DNA from: Candidatus Sumerlaeales bacterium
GTDB lineage: Bacteria > Sumerlaeota > Sumerlaeia > Sumerlaeales > Sumerlaeaceae
Direction of reading: 5' to 3'
Length of the DNA: 64,000 bases
Assembly (NCBI GenBank): GCA_038243585.1
Contig: JBBSQY010000012.1
Span: forward strand, 1-64,000
The notes under the pieces were generated by a model. It made no database searches, was not told where the DNA came from, and saw only the letters and a program-made list of their open reading frames with translations. Numbering within the stretch: the stretch's first letter is position 1; the number at the start of each line of letters is the position of its first letter. This document shows positions 28,368 through 39,469 of this stretch, in pieces. The position numbers and the translations under genes are program-made.

Positions 28368-30095
28368 ATGACTGACATGACAAGCTTTGCTAACCAGGAC
28401 ACTTTCAGCGATGACATGGACGAGGATTTCGGCGCGCTGCTGGAGAACCATCTCCCGACGAAGGTGCCCAAGCGGCAGGAGCTTGTCGATGCCACGGTCG
28501 TGCGCCTGCTTGATGATGTGGTGCTGCTGAACTACGGCAGCAAAGAGGAAGCGAGCGTGCTCGCGGCCGAGTTCATGGATGCCCACGGCGTGGTCATGGT
28601 AAAACCGGGCGACAGCATGCGCCTTCAGATGACCGGCCACGATGACGACGGCATACCCCAGTTCAGCTATAAAAAGGCGCTCCAGGCGGAATCTCTCGGG
28701 ATGCTGGCCCAGGCGGCCAAGGCTCGGGTTCCGGTGCGCGGTGTGGTTACCAAGGCTGTAAACAGCGGAGTGATTGTGGATGTCGGCGGAGTGCAGGCGT
28801 TTATGCCGGCCAGCCAGACCGATGTGCGCCGCGTAAACGATCTGAACACTCTCATTGGCCAGACCATTGAGGCCTACGTGCTGGAGTTCGACGAAAGCCA
28901 GAACCGCGCGATACTGTCGCGCCGGGCTCTGCTGTCTGAACGTCAGGATGCGGACAAAGAAAAGTTTATGGAGACGATCACCCCCGGCGCTGTCGTGAGG
29001 GGCAAAGTCCGCGAGGTTCTCGATTTTGGCGCGTTTGTCGAGATTGGTCCCGTTGAGGCCCTTGTGCCCCGCAGCGAAATTTCCTATGAACGCTCCGCCA
29101 AAATGGAAGATTTTCTTGCTCCTGGCCAGGAAGCCGATTTTAAGGTGATGGAAATTTCCCGGGAGTCCGGCCGCATCACCCTCAGCCGTAAGCGCCTTGG
29201 TGAAGATCCATGGAGCACCATCCGCGATACCTATGGCGTGGGAACCAACGTCTCGGGGAAAATCGTTTCCGTTCAGTCTTTCGGAGCGTTCGTCCAGCTT
29301 CAGGAAGGCATCACGGGCTTGATTCACGCGGGCGACATCAGCTGGGACAGCGAGCGCAAAGTTGTTGAAGACATGTTTAAAATTGGCGACACTGTTACCT
29401 GTCTCGTCACGGAAGTTGACCCTGCCGCGAAGCGCCTGGGCCTGAGCCTGAAACATCTCAGCCGCGACCCGTGGACCGACCTCGTCGACCGCTACCCCGT
29501 CGGATCCCGTCACAAGGGAACGGTGACGAAGCTGCGGGACTTTGGCGCGTTTGTCCGCCTGGATGAAAGCGTGGAGGGTCTGTTGCACATCGGCGATTTG
29601 AGCTGGGAAAAGCGCCCCACCCACCCGTCAGAATTTGTGTCGGAAAATCAGGAAATCGACGTCACAATTTTGTCCCACGACCTGGAACGCCGCCGCATCG
29701 GTCTCGGCGTGAAGCAGCTCACCGGCTCTCCGTTTGAGCAATTCACCAGCGAAAACCCTGTTGGCAGCGTCATCGTCGCGAAAGTCAGCCGCATTGTTCC
29801 TTTTGGCGCGTTTGTTGAACTTCTGCCCGGTCTGGAAGGCTTGATTCATATAAGCGAGCTGGATGAAGAGCGAGTGGATAAGCCGGAGCGGGTCGTTCGT
29901 CTTGGCGAAGAAGTGCGCGTTAAGATTCTCGATACGACGAAAGACAAACAGCGCATTTCGCTCAGCCTGAAAGAAGCTGTTCGGGATGAAGAACGGGAAA
30001 ACATTAAGCAGTATGGCGGATCGCAAGATGCGCCAAAATCCGGCAGTATGGGTTCTGCTTTCGGCGCGGCGCTTCAGGCGGCAATGAAAAAGTAA
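28368..30095 (+). CDS. rpsA: 30S ribosomal protein S1
   Basis: Six S1 repeats (FGAFV..., GLIHISEL, RISLSLK) and AFMPASQ. Confidence 0.95.
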   Translation: MTDMTSFANQDTFSDDMDEDFGALLENHLPTKVPKRQELVDATVVRLLDDVVLLNYGSKEEASVLAAEFMDAHGVVMVKPGDSMRLQMTGHDDDGIPQFSYKKALQAESLGMLAQAAKARVPVRGVVTKAVNSGVIVDVGGVQAFMPASQTDVRRVNDLNTLIGQTIEAYVLEFDESQNRAILSRRALLSERQDADKEKFMETITPGAVVRGKVREVLDFGAFVEIGPVEALVPRSEISYERSAKMEDFLAPGQEADFKVMEISRESGRITLSRKRLGEDPWSTIRDTYGVGTNVSGKIVSVQSFGAFVQLQEGITGLIHAGDISWDSERKVVEDMFKIGDTVTCLVTEVDPAAKRLGLSLKHLSRDPWTDLVDRYPVGSRHKGTVTKLRDFGAFVRLDESVEGLLHIGDLSWEKRPTHPSEFVSENQEIDVTILSHDLERRRIGLGVKQLTGSPFEQFTSENPVGSVIVAKVSRIVPFGAFVELLPGLEGLIHISELDEERVDKPERVVRLGEEVRVKILDTTKDKQRISLSLKEAVRDEERENIKQYGGSQDAPKSGSMGSAFGAALQAAMKK

Positions 30096-30197
30096 GGCAA
30101 CGGATCTTGAGCGTTGCGGAGCGGCGCTAACAAAATTAAGCTTTTAGTGCAGACACGCAAAGAAGGAGAGGGTGCGGAGAGATCTTTCTCTCGCCTT

Positions 30198-33100
30198 TTA
30201 CTTCTTTGCGTCCTGCTTTAGCTCCGCCAGCACTGACAACGCCTGGAACGGCGTCAGGGCGTTGATCTCCAAAGCCCGAATCTTTTCCAGCACCGGATGA
30301 TCCTGCAGATCAAAGAAGGTGAGCTGTACGGTTCGCTCCTCTACCCGTAACGAGGATTCCGGTTTCCCGCCGCCACTACCCGCTGCGCCGGTCTGTACGT
30401 GGATCGCATTTCCCTTTTCCAGGTCCGCCAGTATCCGCCGCGCCCGTTGCACCGCCGTCCGCGGCAGGCCCGCTACCTGCGCCGCGTAGATGCCATAGCT
30501 GTGATCCGTATGCCCGCGGAGAATCCGGTACAAAAAGGCGACCCGTTCCTCTTCCTCATGCACCGCCACGTTGTAATTTCGCACCCGCTCCAGCGGCCCC
30601 TCAAGGCCTGCTAGCTCATGATAATGGGTTGCGAACAGCGTCTTTGGTCTGCGCCCCGGCGTGTTATGCAGATATTCTACCACCGACCATGCGATGGACA
30701 GCCCGTCATAGGTGGAAGTGCCGCGCCCGATTTCGTCCAGAATCACCAGGCTGTTGTCCGTGGCGTTGTTCAGGATGTTAGCTGTCTCGCTCATCTCCAC
30801 CAGGAACGTGGATTGGCCCTTGGCGATCTGGTCCATGGCGCCCACCCGCGTAAAAATACGATCCACAGGCGCCATCCTCGCCTCCGTGGCCGGCACGAAA
30901 CTACCGATGTGGGCCATTAGAGTGATCAGCGCGACCTGGCGGATATACGTGCTTTTACCCGCCATGTTCGGGCCGGTGATGATAAGAATCTGCTCCGCCA
31001 CGTTGTCCAGCCGCGTATCGTTAGGGACAAATGGTGTCTCTGAGCGGAGGGTTTCCAGCACTGGGTGGCGGCCGTCGCGGATGATAATTTCGGATGGGGG
31101 TTGCGGACGGCTCGGCGAGCTATCCCTACCTTGATCTTCGACGGTCGGTCGCACATAGCGCCGCGCGCATGCGGTTACTGCGAACGAGTAAAGCGCGTCA
31201 AGCTGCGCTACCGCCTGGGCTGTGGCCTGTATCTGCCGGGCCTCCGCGCAAACCGCCGCCCGAAGCTCCTCGAAAAGTTTGAATTCCAGTTCGTTCGCAC
31301 GCTCGTCCGCGTTGAGGATGACCTCTTCTTTTTCTTTCAGCTCCGGGGTCACATAGCGTTCGCCGCTGGTCAGTGTCTGCTTTCTGATCCATTCTGGCGG
31401 CACCTTGGCGACATGGCTGTGGCTGACCTCCAGGTAATAGCCAAACACGCGGTTGAATCCGACTTTAAGATTATTGATGCCCGTGCGTTCCGCCTCGCGC
31501 TGGCGCAGGGCGGCAATCCATGATTTGCTGTCGCCGGTGAGGGAGCGCAGCTCGTCCAGTTCAGCGTTATAACCGGCGTTCAGCATTCCGCCGTCTCGAA
31601 TAGAGAGCGGCGGTTGATCGGCAATGGCAGCATTTAGCCGGGCTGAAAGCGCTTCGAGCGGATTCATTTTTGCGGAAAGAACAGTAAGAAGATTTTTCTC
31701 GTTTACCGCTTGCTTTTGCGGGGAGATATCTCTTGTCTCAACGCGTTTGATGTAGTCATTTCTGATATGAGGTGAGTCATGGATATTTTGATCGGAATCG
31801 TCATCGTCGCCGCTATCGGCGGTCTCGGGTGGCTGGCCATTCGCAACAACAAAAGCACTGACGGAACCGTCGACCATCTCGACAAAACCAGCACCTTTGA
31901 CTCCGACTATGGGGACAGTGGCGGCAGCGACGATTAAGTCTCGCATCGGCCCGATCCGCTGAAGGCTGTTTTTTAGCGAAAGCAGGTCTCGCCCGTTTGC
32001 CGACCCGCAGGAGCACCGGCTTACGATGCGTTCCATGTCGGCTATGCCCTTCAGCAGGGCGCCGATTTTCTCCCGCGCCTCGTGATTTATCACCAGCGAA
32101 TCCACGGCGTCCAGTCGTTGGTTGATGCGAACGGAATCCCGCAGCGGCTGCAAAATCCATGTGCGCAGCATCCGGCCGCCCATGGGCGTCGCTGTGCGGT
32201 CCAGCACCTCGAACAGCGTATGACGCCGCGAGGCGTCGGTCAAATTGGTCACCAGTTCCAGGCTGCGCTGCGTGGTGCCGTCCAGCACCATGTAATCGCC
32301 CGGGTGGTGCATCCGCACTTCGTTCACATGGATGAGCTGTCCGCGCTGAGTCTCGGCCAGGTACTGCAGGATCACTCCCGCCGCGCGCGTCGCCAGCACG
32401 CTTTCTTCCAGCCCAAAGCCGTGCAGGTCGCGGGTCCCGAAATGTTGAATCAGCGCCTGGCGTGCTGCGTAATGGGTCGCCCCTGATGGGTCGACCGTGG
32501 CCAGCGGCAACGTCTGCCCCCGCAGGTCGTTCGCGCCGCCGGGAGAATTGTCCAGCGACAGCGCAGCGATCACATCGCCGCCCTCGAACCAGTTCCGCTG
32601 ATCAGAAGTCACCACCACTTCGCTCGGGGATAACCGCACCAGTTCCGTAATGCACTCCGCTGCGCAATCCGCCGCCGAAAACTCACAAACAAGGAACTCG
32701 CCCGTGGAAAAATCCAGCGCCGCCAGCCCCAACGCCGTGGCACGCTTATCCTCAGTGGTATCCGCGGCGATCAGCGCCACCAGGTAATTGTTCGCCTTGT
32801 CCGACAACAGCGATTCTTCCAGCACGGTGCCGGGCGTGACCACCCGCACAACCTCGCGCCGCACCACGCCCTTCGCTGTCTTGGGGTTCTCTGTCTGCTC
32901 ACACATGGCCACGCGATACCCGGCCCGGATCATCCGCGCCAGGTAGCCGTCCACGCTGTGATAAGGCACTCCCGCCAGCGGCACAGGGCTGCCGTCTATG
33001 TCTGTCCCGCGGCTTGTCAGCGTGATGCCCATTACTTCGGAACAGGTGCGCGCGTCCTCGAAAAACATCTCATAGAAATCGCCGCACCGGAAAAACAGCA

Positions 33101-33215
33101 CGTGATCCGGGTGTTCCGCCTTAATCTGCTGATACTGACGCAGCAGCGGGGTCAATTCACCGACGCCGCTTTTGGCTGGTTTGGCTTTGGACGGCTCTTT
33201 TGATTGGTCTGTCAT
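30198..33215 (-). CDS. mutS: DNA mismatch repair protein MutS
   Basis: GDFYEMF, ITGPNMAGKSTY, STFLVEM, LDEIGRGTSTYDG, FATHYHEL and SYGI; contains insertions. Confidence 0.98.
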   Translation of the reverse strand: MTDQSKEPSKAKPAKSGVGELTPLLRQYQQIKAEHPDHVLFFRCGDFYEMFFEDARTCSEVMGITLTSRGTDIDGSPVPLAGVPYHSVDGYLARMIRAGYRVAMCEQTENPKTAKGVVRREVVRVVTPGTVLEESLLSDKANNYLVALIAADTTEDKRATALGLAALDFSTGEFLVCEFSAADCAAECITELVRLSPSEVVVTSDQRNWFEGGDVIAALSLDNSPGGANDLRGQTLPLATVDPSGATHYAARQALIQHFGTRDLHGFGLEESVLATRAAGVILQYLAETQRGQLIHVNEVRMHHPGDYMVLDGTTQRSLELVTNLTDASRRHTLFEVLDRTATPMGGRMLRTWILQPLRDSVRINQRLDAVDSLVINHEAREKIGALLKGIADMERIVSRCSCGSANGRDLLSLKNSLQRIGPMRDLIVAAATVPIVGVKGAGFVEMVDGSVSAFVVANGQPPETADSGDDDDSDQNIHDSPHIRNDYIKRVETRDISPQKQAVNEKNLLTVLSAKMNPLEALSARLNAAIADQPPLSIRDGGMLNAGYNAELDELRSLTGDSKSWIAALRQREAERTGINNLKVGFNRVFGYYLEVSHSHVAKVPPEWIRKQTLTSGERYVTPELKEKEEVILNADERANELEFKLFEELRAAVCAEARQIQATAQAVAQLDALYSFAVTACARRYVRPTVEDQGRDSSPSRPQPPSEIIIRDGRHPVLETLRSETPFVPNDTRLDNVAEQILIITGPNMAGKSTYIRQVALITLMAHIGSFVPATEARMAPVDRIFTRVGAMDQIAKGQSTFLVEMSETANILNNATDNSLVILDEIGRGTSTYDGLSIAWSVVEYLHNTPGRRPKTLFATHYHELAGLEGPLERVRNYNVAVHEEEERVAFLYRILRGHTDHSYGIYAAQVAGLPRTAVQRARRILADLEKGNAIHVQTGAAGSGGGKPESSLRVEERTVQLTFFDLQDHPVLEKIRALEINALTPFQALSVLAELKQDAKK
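31105..31130 (-). repeat. GTAG-type REP element inside mutS
   Basis: Reverse complement ggtagggatagctcgccgagccgtcc; same family as 33268, 44836 and 60864. Confidence 0.85.
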
Positions 33216-33267
33216 GGGTTTGGTTACGGATCAGTTATGAGTTCGTGGCCGGGGTATTCCTTGAACG

Positions 33268-33293
33268 GGTAGGGATGGGCCGCCGAGCCGTAC
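33268..33293 (+). repeat. GTAG-type REP element, intergenic
   Basis: ggtagggatgggccgccgagccgtac. Confidence 0.8.
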
Positions 33294-33368
33294 GAAGCCC
33301 ATGCGAATTGTGCACGCGGATAAGCTGGCCCACGGAATACTGAACCGGCAAACCGGGTAAACAGGTTC

Positions 33369-34139
33369 ATGTATATCTCAAAAATTCTTCCAGTGGCGCT
33401 CATACTTGCCACATCTGCCCTCGCGCAGGCAGCCCCTCTTATCGGCATTAACGTCGACGCTTCCGGCGACTCCGTGACCGATACCCGCTTTGTCCTCTCG
33501 TCCAGTTACGTCGACGCCATCACCAGCGCTGGCGGCATTCCCCTGCTGCTGCCTCCGGCACTCAATCCTGACGCAGTTGCGCGTTATGCGGAGCTGTGCG
33601 ACGGCTTTCTATTCACTGGCGGGCGCGACATAAACCCCAGCCGCTATGGCAACGAGATGAGCACTTATACGAAACTCGTAAACCCGCGCCGCGAAAACTT
33701 TGATTTCGCGCTCATTGATGCGGTTCTGGCAGCAAAAAAGCCGATTTTGGGTATTTGTCTCGGATCGCAGGAGTTAAACGTGGCGCTGGGCGGCAGCATG
33801 ATTCAGGATCTGCCCACGGAAACGTCGTCTACCGTTGCCCATAAGCCGGGCAACGTTGAGAACTATGCGCACTTCGTGGAAGTAACCACGGGTACGAAGC
33901 TACAGGACATCACTGGCACGACCACCCTGCAGGTAAACAGCAGCCACCACCAGGCCTGTGACCGCCTGGGCAGCGGCGTTTTGGTAATGGCCCGTGCGCC
34001 GGATGGCATCGTGGAAAGCTTTCAGGTGGAAAATCAACCTTTCGCCATGGGAGTTCAGTGGCACCCGGAACACCTGACCACCGCGCCGGAACATCTGGCA
34101 GTATATGAGGCGCTGGTAAAAGCCGCCGAAAAGAAGTAG
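33369..34139 (+). CDS. Peptidase C26 / gamma-glutamyl hydrolase (PuuD-like, class I GATase fold) with signal peptide
   Basis: LFTGGRDINP, LGICLGSQ, VNSSHHQA and GVQWHPE; N-terminal ALILATSALAQA. Confidence 0.92.
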   Translation: MYISKILPVALILATSALAQAAPLIGINVDASGDSVTDTRFVLSSSYVDAITSAGGIPLLLPPALNPDAVARYAELCDGFLFTGGRDINPSRYGNEMSTYTKLVNPRRENFDFALIDAVLAAKKPILGICLGSQELNVALGGSMIQDLPTETSSTVAHKPGNVENYAHFVEVTTGTKLQDITGTTTLQVNSSHHQACDRLGSGVLVMARAPDGIVESFQVENQPFAMGVQWHPEHLTTAPEHLAVYEALVKAAEKK

Positions 34140-34160
34140 CATAGGCGTCCCGCCTGTGTG
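34136..34160 (+). repeat. GTAG-led REP-like hairpin, different family, overlapping the stop codon
   Basis: gtagcataggcgtcccgcctgtg. Confidence 0.55.
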
Positions 34161-34344
34161 ACGCGGGCGGGAAATATAACCCTAAATAGCCATTCATTCA
34201 CCCAAACATGATCGGCTTGGTTTCAACGCTGTAACCTGTTGGCGGGGGGTGCGGGCGTTTATCGCCTCCGCCGGCAGTCCGGGGTTCGTGCCGCGTACGG
34301 TCACGTCCCGGAGGCGGAGGATCCAGTTTAAAGTTTCTCCGGAA

Positions 34345-35835
34345 TCAATATTGGACAGCCTCATTCCAATCGACTTGAGCCGGTGCGGTTTCAGGTTCAA
34401 AATACCACAAATCGTTTTGCCGTAAAATACGGGGATAGGGGTCATAGCTAACTATTCCGCCAAATAGCCAGAGCCGTCCCGATGCGCCATACCAAGCCGG
34501 CGCATGCGAGCGGGCACCGGGATGTGCTGTAACTCCTTCCGCTGGATAAACTGCCATTTCATCAACTCGGGATGACCCATTAATCCATGTCCAGTTTCCG
34601 GTTGCAGTATTGTAGTTCCATAAAGCTGCTGAAGTTTCATTTGCCGGCCCGACAATTCCACCCATAAGCCACAGATGGTCTGTGGAATCATTCCATCCTA
34701 TAGCTCCAAATGCCCGCGGTGGATTATTGCCAGGCGCGGGAACCCCTTGTTCACCGTATATGGCTTCTCCTGTTGGCCGATCAACACCCTTCATCTAGGT
34801 CCAAAGCCCCGTTGACGGCGTAAACTTCCATAGATCGTTAAGGAAGCCGCCTGACGTAGCGCCAAATCCAGACCCTCCAAACAGCCATAAGTTTCCTTGA
34901 GAATCCGTCCAAGATACACTGCCGTCTCTTGCACCGGGAATGTTGTCTGGCGCCTGCACTCCCTGCACCCCATACGTTCCACGGCTGTTAAAAGTGTTGC
35001 TTCCTCCCACCCATGTCCACCTGTTGGATGTCGGATTATATCTCCAGAAATCATTCAACGCTACCTGTTGCGAACCGGAGGTTGTTCTTCCTCCGAACAT
35101 CCACAGATCGCCTTTGCTGTCTGCCCATGAGGCAGCCCTATACCTGGCGCCAGGGCAGGTTTCCGTAGTTGCGATATCACGAATTCCGTAATTGCCCGGC
35201 TGGTTTTTCTGGTCGCTGCCATGCTTCCATGTCCAATTGTCTGTTAAAGGCTCATATTTCCACAGGTCGTTAAAGCTAGATCCCGGTGATCCGACGCTCC
35301 CCCCAAACAACCACAAAATTCCGGAACTATCGACCCATGTAGATGCCGCATCTCGCGCCCCTGGAGAGTTCGCGGGGTTACCCTCTCCCTTTGTGCCATA
35401 TATGCCAGGTGCATTAGGACTACTGCTTCCTTTCATCCACGTCCAATAGCCGGTTTCGGTGTTATACTTCCACAGGTCATTCATGATTCCGTAGCTATTT
35501 CCGCCGAAGAGCCACAAATTCCCATCTGTTCCTGTCCGTGCGGAGGCACTAGACCTGACTCCCGGCCAATTTGCAGGCGCGGATTCTCCCAGTGCTCCGT
35601 AAAACGCGTCGCGGGGCTGAGGGCTCCCATTAAAGCAGGTCCATTGATTAGGAGCGGCGTGAGATGAGTGGGATAATAGGACGAAGATTAGTAGCGCCGG
35701 AACCGTGCGCAAGGCACTGTGGAAGCTGCGCAAAAGTCTTGCCGGTAAATTAAGTTTTGCCATCGGGCAAAAACTGATCTGGTTGCCTTTAAACATACGT
35801 CGGCTTTCGAGTAACGATATAGGCAACAATACCAT
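34345..35835 (-). pseudogene. Secreted kelch-repeat beta-propeller protein split by in-frame TAG at 34795-34797
   Basis: Seven PG.R....W.D..G.LWLFGG...NDLWKY....WTW repeats across the two in-frame ORFs; the stop occupies the second W of WTW(MKG); probable start 35763. Confidence 0.85.
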
Positions 35836-36031
35836 CTATAGCAGGATCGCTGTCAACTACTAGCCTGGCTAGCTAACAGAAACAGGTAAAACCCGCGTCA
35901 AAGTTAATATTTTCAACCGCGCCGTGATGCTCTTGTATAAGCCGAGGAAACCATCTGTACCGCATACCCACCTCAAATCCAGGCGCATCACCGTTCAGCC
36001 AGACTCCCTGGTGGCTTTGGTCTATAGAAAA

Positions 36032-36068
36032 GCGGTAGCCGGGCGGGCACTACCCGCTCTGCTACCGC
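36032..36068. repeat. GTAG-containing hairpin
   Basis: gcggtagc cgggcggg cacta cccgctct gctaccgc. Confidence 0.55.
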
Positions 36069-36148
36069 AGTCCAAATACGCGCATGTTGGTGCCGGGGTT
36101 GAAGTTGCAGATACGGAATCTGCCAAGCAGAATCGCAAATATGGGTAA

Positions 36149-36182
36149 TAAAAAAACCGCCGCCTTGCGGGCGGCGGTTTTA
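36149..36182 (-). terminator. Intrinsic terminator, possibly bidirectional
   Basis: aaaaaaaaccgccgcc ttgcg ggcggcggtttt just after the stop at 36186. Confidence 0.85.
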
Positions 36183-36185
36183 ATG

Positions 36186-36779
36186 CTATTCTTCGTCGTT
36201 TTCCTCGTCGTCGTCGTCATCGTCCGAGTCATATTCTTCTTCGTCCATCTCACGAATGCGAAGCACGCCTTCCTGATCGTGAAATCCGATGCAGACCACA
36301 ACTTCTGGATCCGGCAGGATATCAACGCAGCGGCCAAATGCCGCTATGGTGCGGGCAATCAGGTAACCATTAATGCCACGATCTTTGTCTTCGGTGTCAA
36401 AAGACGCTTCAAAGAGATCGGCCAGCTCGGGAGCGGCGGGGCCTTCGATTTCCTCATCGGGAACCGTTGCCCAGTCGTCGTCTTCCTCTTCTTCTGAGTT
36501 GTACTCAGAGCAAAGGAAGAACGCGCCGGTCCAGTGGTTTTCCATTTCGTATTCGAAATAGACCGCCACGGCGTCAATCTCTTCCGCCTCTTCGTAAGAG
36601 CGTTTCAGGCCTTCTTCAAGCTCTTCCATGTAATCAGCCAGGTCAACTTCGGCGATTTTTTTTGCCGAGTCTTTCCCGGCAAGTTTTTCGCACCTTTTTT
36701 TGGCTGCTTTTTCCAGACCATCCCAATCGCCTTCGGCGATGTAGTCTTTCATCTCTTCTATCTGATCATATATACGCAC
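36186..36779 (-). CDS. Highly acidic hypothetical protein
   Basis: Protein-like composition starts at GTG 36779 (VRIYDQIEEMKDY...); D/E-rich; AVYFEY..ENHW...FFLC, DDDWA and IGFHDQ. Confidence 0.75.
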   Translation of the reverse strand: MRIYDQIEEMKDYIAEGDWDGLEKAAKKRCEKLAGKDSAKKIAEVDLADYMEELEEGLKRSYEEAEEIDAVAVYFEYEMENHWTGAFFLCSEYNSEEEEDDDWATVPDEEIEGPAAPELADLFEASFDTEDKDRGINGYLIARTIAAFGRCVDILPDPEVVVCIGFHDQEGVLRIREMDEEEYDSDDDDDDEENDEE

Positions 36780-36945
36780 GGTGCCGGTCTCCGGTTTTAC
36801 AGTCGCTCGAAACAGCCGGCATGGTGCCCGGCTCCGAGAAAACAACCGTAAAGAGCATGGCACAAAAAATTTCCCTTGCGCCCATAAATCAACATACTCA
36901 AAATAATTTTGTATATCCGGCACGGGTTTTGTAGATGCTCTCACT

Positions 36946-38658
36946 ATGAGTGAAAATTTTGCATCTGTTCCGGGTGACCTAGGCGAACTTCCGAGCCAGG
37001 ACGCGGGCATCGGAAACCTTTGGTATAAAGACGCTGTATTTTATGAAGTCCATGTTAGGGCGTTCGCAGACAGCAACGGCGACGGCATCGGCGACTTTAA
37101 AGGTCTAACCAGCAAGTTGGCCTATATCCGCGATTTGGGAGTCACCTGCATATGGCTGCTGCCCTTTTACCCGTCGCCTTTGCGGGACGACGGATATGAT
37201 ATTGCCGATTATTACAATGTAAACCCGGACTATGGCACCATAGAAGACCTGGTGGAATTCCTGGATACGGCTCATCATATGGGTATTCGCGTTGTTGCGG
37301 ACCTCGTAATGAACCATACGAGTAGTGATTGCGAATGGTTTCAGGAGGCTCGACGGGATCCGGACTCGCCATACCGCGATTATTTCGTTTGGAGCGACGA
37401 CCCTACGAAATACGCCGACGCCCGTATTATTTTCTGCGACACGGAGGCCAGCAACTGGACTTTCGATCCCGTGGCGGGTCAACACTTCTGGCATCGCTTT
37501 TTCAGCCATCAGCCCGATCTGAATTATGAGAACCCGACCGTGCAGGAAGAGATGCTAAAGGCGCTGGACTTCTGGATGTCAAAGGGCCTGGACGGCTTCC
37601 GAGTGGACGCCATTCCCTACCTGTTCGAAGAAGAAGGCACCAACTGCGAAAACCTTCCGAAAACCCATGAGTTCTGCAAACGCCTCCGTAAGCACTTCGA
37701 CGAAAGATATCCAAACGGGCTTCTCCTGGCCGAAGCAAATCAGTGGCCTCAGGACGTGGTGGAGTATTTCGGCAAGGGCGATCAGTTTCATATGTGCTTC
37801 AATTTCCCGCTGATGCCGCGCATGTTTATGGCTATCCGGCGGGAAGACGCGACCCCCATCATCGACATCATTCGTCAGCTGCCTCTAATTCCTGAGAACT
37901 GCCAGTGGGCAACGTTTCTGCGCAATCATGATGAGCTGACGCTGGAAATGGTGACCGACGACGACCGCGATTATATGTGGAACGAATATGCCAGTGATCC
38001 CAGAATGCGCCTGAACCTGGGCATCCGTCGCCGCCTGTTCCCACTTATGGACAATGACCGTCGCCAGGTTGAACTGCTTCACAGCATGTTGTTTACCCTG
38101 CCAGGAAGCCCGATTCTATATTACGGCGATGAACTGGGCATGGGAGACAATATTTTCCTCGGCGATCGCAACGGGGTTCGGACGCCGATGCAGTGGAGCA
38201 ATGATCGGAATGCAGGATTCAGTCGCGCAAACCCGAGCCGTCTCTATAGCCAAGTCATTATCGATCCGTCTTATAACTACGAGGCCGTCAACGTGGAGAG
38301 CGCCATGGCGCTGCGGTCATCGTTTCTCAACTGGCTACGCCAAACCATCCAGATTCGCCAGAGCCACAAAGCCTTCAGCCGTGGGAAGGTCGAGTTTTTC
38401 GATAATCCTAACAAGAAGGTACTGGCCTATATGTGTCGGTACAAAGACGATCTCGCTCTTGTCGTAAACAATCTGTCCAGGTTCAGCCAGTTCGTGGAGC
38501 TTGATCTGTCTGCTTACGACGGCTACGAGCCTATCGATTTATTTGGTCATACCCGGTTTCCAACCATAGGCTCCATGAGTTACCTGCTTACGCTTGGCCC
38601 TTATGGTTTCTACTGGTTCCGTCTGATTAAAAAGGAAGCGCCAGAGGTTTCAACTTGA
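36946..38658 (+). CDS. treS: Trehalose synthase / maltose alpha-D-glucosyltransferase (GH13)
   Basis: [55 protein letters not shown] and [10 protein letters not shown]. Confidence 0.96.
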   Translation: MSENFASVPGDLGELPSQDAGIGNLWYKDAVFYEVHVRAFADSNGDGIGDFKGLTSKLAYIRDLGVTCIWLLPFYPSPLRDDGYDIADYYNVNPDYGTIEDLVEFLDTAHHMGIRVVADLVMNHTSSDCEWFQEARRDPDSPYRDYFVWSDDPTKYADARIIFCDTEASNWTFDPVAGQHFWHRFFSHQPDLNYENPTVQEEMLKALDFWMSKGLDGFRVDAIPYLFEEEGTNCENLPKTHEFCKRLRKHFDERYPNGLLLAEANQWPQDVVEYFGKGDQFHMCFNFPLMPRMFMAIRREDATPIIDIIRQLPLIPENCQWATFLRNHDELTLEMVTDDDRDYMWNEYASDPRMRLNLGIRRRLFPLMDNDRRQVELLHSMLFTLPGSPILYYGDELGMGDNIFLGDRNGVRTPMQWSNDRNAGFSRANPSRLYSQVIIDPSYNYEAVNVESAMALRSSFLNWLRQTIQIRQSHKAFSRGKVEFFDNPNKKVLAYMCRYKDDLALVVNNLSRFSQFVELDLSAYDGYEPIDLFGHTRFPTIGSMSYLLTLGPYGFYWFRLIKKEAPEVST

Positions 38659-38668
38659 GATAGCCGCA

Positions 38669-39469
38669 TTAAATTCCTCGCAGCTCGGGGATACCTGCGC
38701 CCGGTTCGTCCAAGCGCATTAGCGACTCCCCTACCAATATTGCGTCGGCTCCGTAACCGGCCACTACCTCGGCATCGTCAGGGGTGTGGATTCCGCTTTC
38801 CCCGATGAAAACATATCCCGGCAGCGGCGCGCCCAGGAGTCGCATCACTCGTTCTGTCTGCTCGATATCTACTTCAAAATTCTTCAGGTTTCTGTTGTTG
38901 ATCCCGATGATTTTCGCGCCGGACTCCGCCACGATGTCGGCTTCGGCTTCGCTGTGAACCTCTGTCACAGAATCCATCTGGAGGCTTGCTGCCAGCTCTC
39001 GAAAGTCCACAAGCTGATAACGGTCGAGAATAGACGCGATCAGCAGGATGGCTGACGCCCCCGCCTCTCGCGCCTCATATATCTGGTACTCGGTAATGGT
39101 GAAATCCTTACGCAGCAGAGGCGTCTGTGGCAGCGCCTTCCGAATCTGGCGGAGGTAATCGAGGTGTCCCTTGAAAAACTCTTCATCGGTCAGTACGCTA
39201 ATCGCCGAAGCCCCGTGCTCCGCGTAACTTTCCGCGATATGCACCGGGTCGAAGTCTTTTCTGATTATCCCTTTGCTGGGCGACGCTTTTTTCACCTCGG
39301 CTATAACATTGAGGGGGGCGTCGGGCTTGCGCTGTATGGCCGCACCGAACGCAGGGGGCAAATCAAGCCCGTCCAGTCGTGCGCGGATGTCCGCCAGGCT
39401 GCGCGTCCGGCTGACGTGATCTACAAACTCTGTTTTATACGCAACGATTTGATCTAGAATATGAGCCAT
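38669..39469 (-). CDS. trpC: Indole-3-glycerol phosphate synthase
   Basis: IAEVKKASPSKG, ISVLTD, LLRKDF, IGINNRNL, ESGI and ILVGESLM; ATG 39469. Confidence 0.97.
   Translation of the reverse strand: MAHILDQIVAYKTEFVDHVSRTRSLADIRARLDGLDLPPAFGAAIQRKPDAPLNVIAEVKKASPSKGIIRKDFDPVHIAESYAEHGASAISVLTDEEFFKGHLDYLRQIRKALPQTPLLRKDFTITEYQIYEAREAGASAILLIASILDRYQLVDFRELAASLQMDSVTEVHSEAEADIVAESGAKIIGINNRNLKNFEVDIEQTERVMRLLGAPLPGYVFIGESGIHTPDDAEVVAGYGADAILVGESLMRLDEPGAGIPELRGI

Noticed and set aside
28254..29624. 456-aa minus-strand ORF and similar long antisense ORFs (1391-2458, 21831-22586, 42170-42931, 43531-44388, 48966-49727)
   Set aside because: They lie opposite well-supported genes, have no motifs and are expected from GC-rich codon bias.
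31680..31930. Intein in MutS
   Set aside because: No N-terminal C/S, no C-terminal HN-C/S/T junction, and too short.
36780..37010. N-terminal extensions in the ORF track (also trpD 21759, trpC 39544, era 50552, NlpC 51577, 56015)
   Set aside because: They overlap neighbours or lack protein-like composition; downstream starts fit SD sites or family N-termini better.
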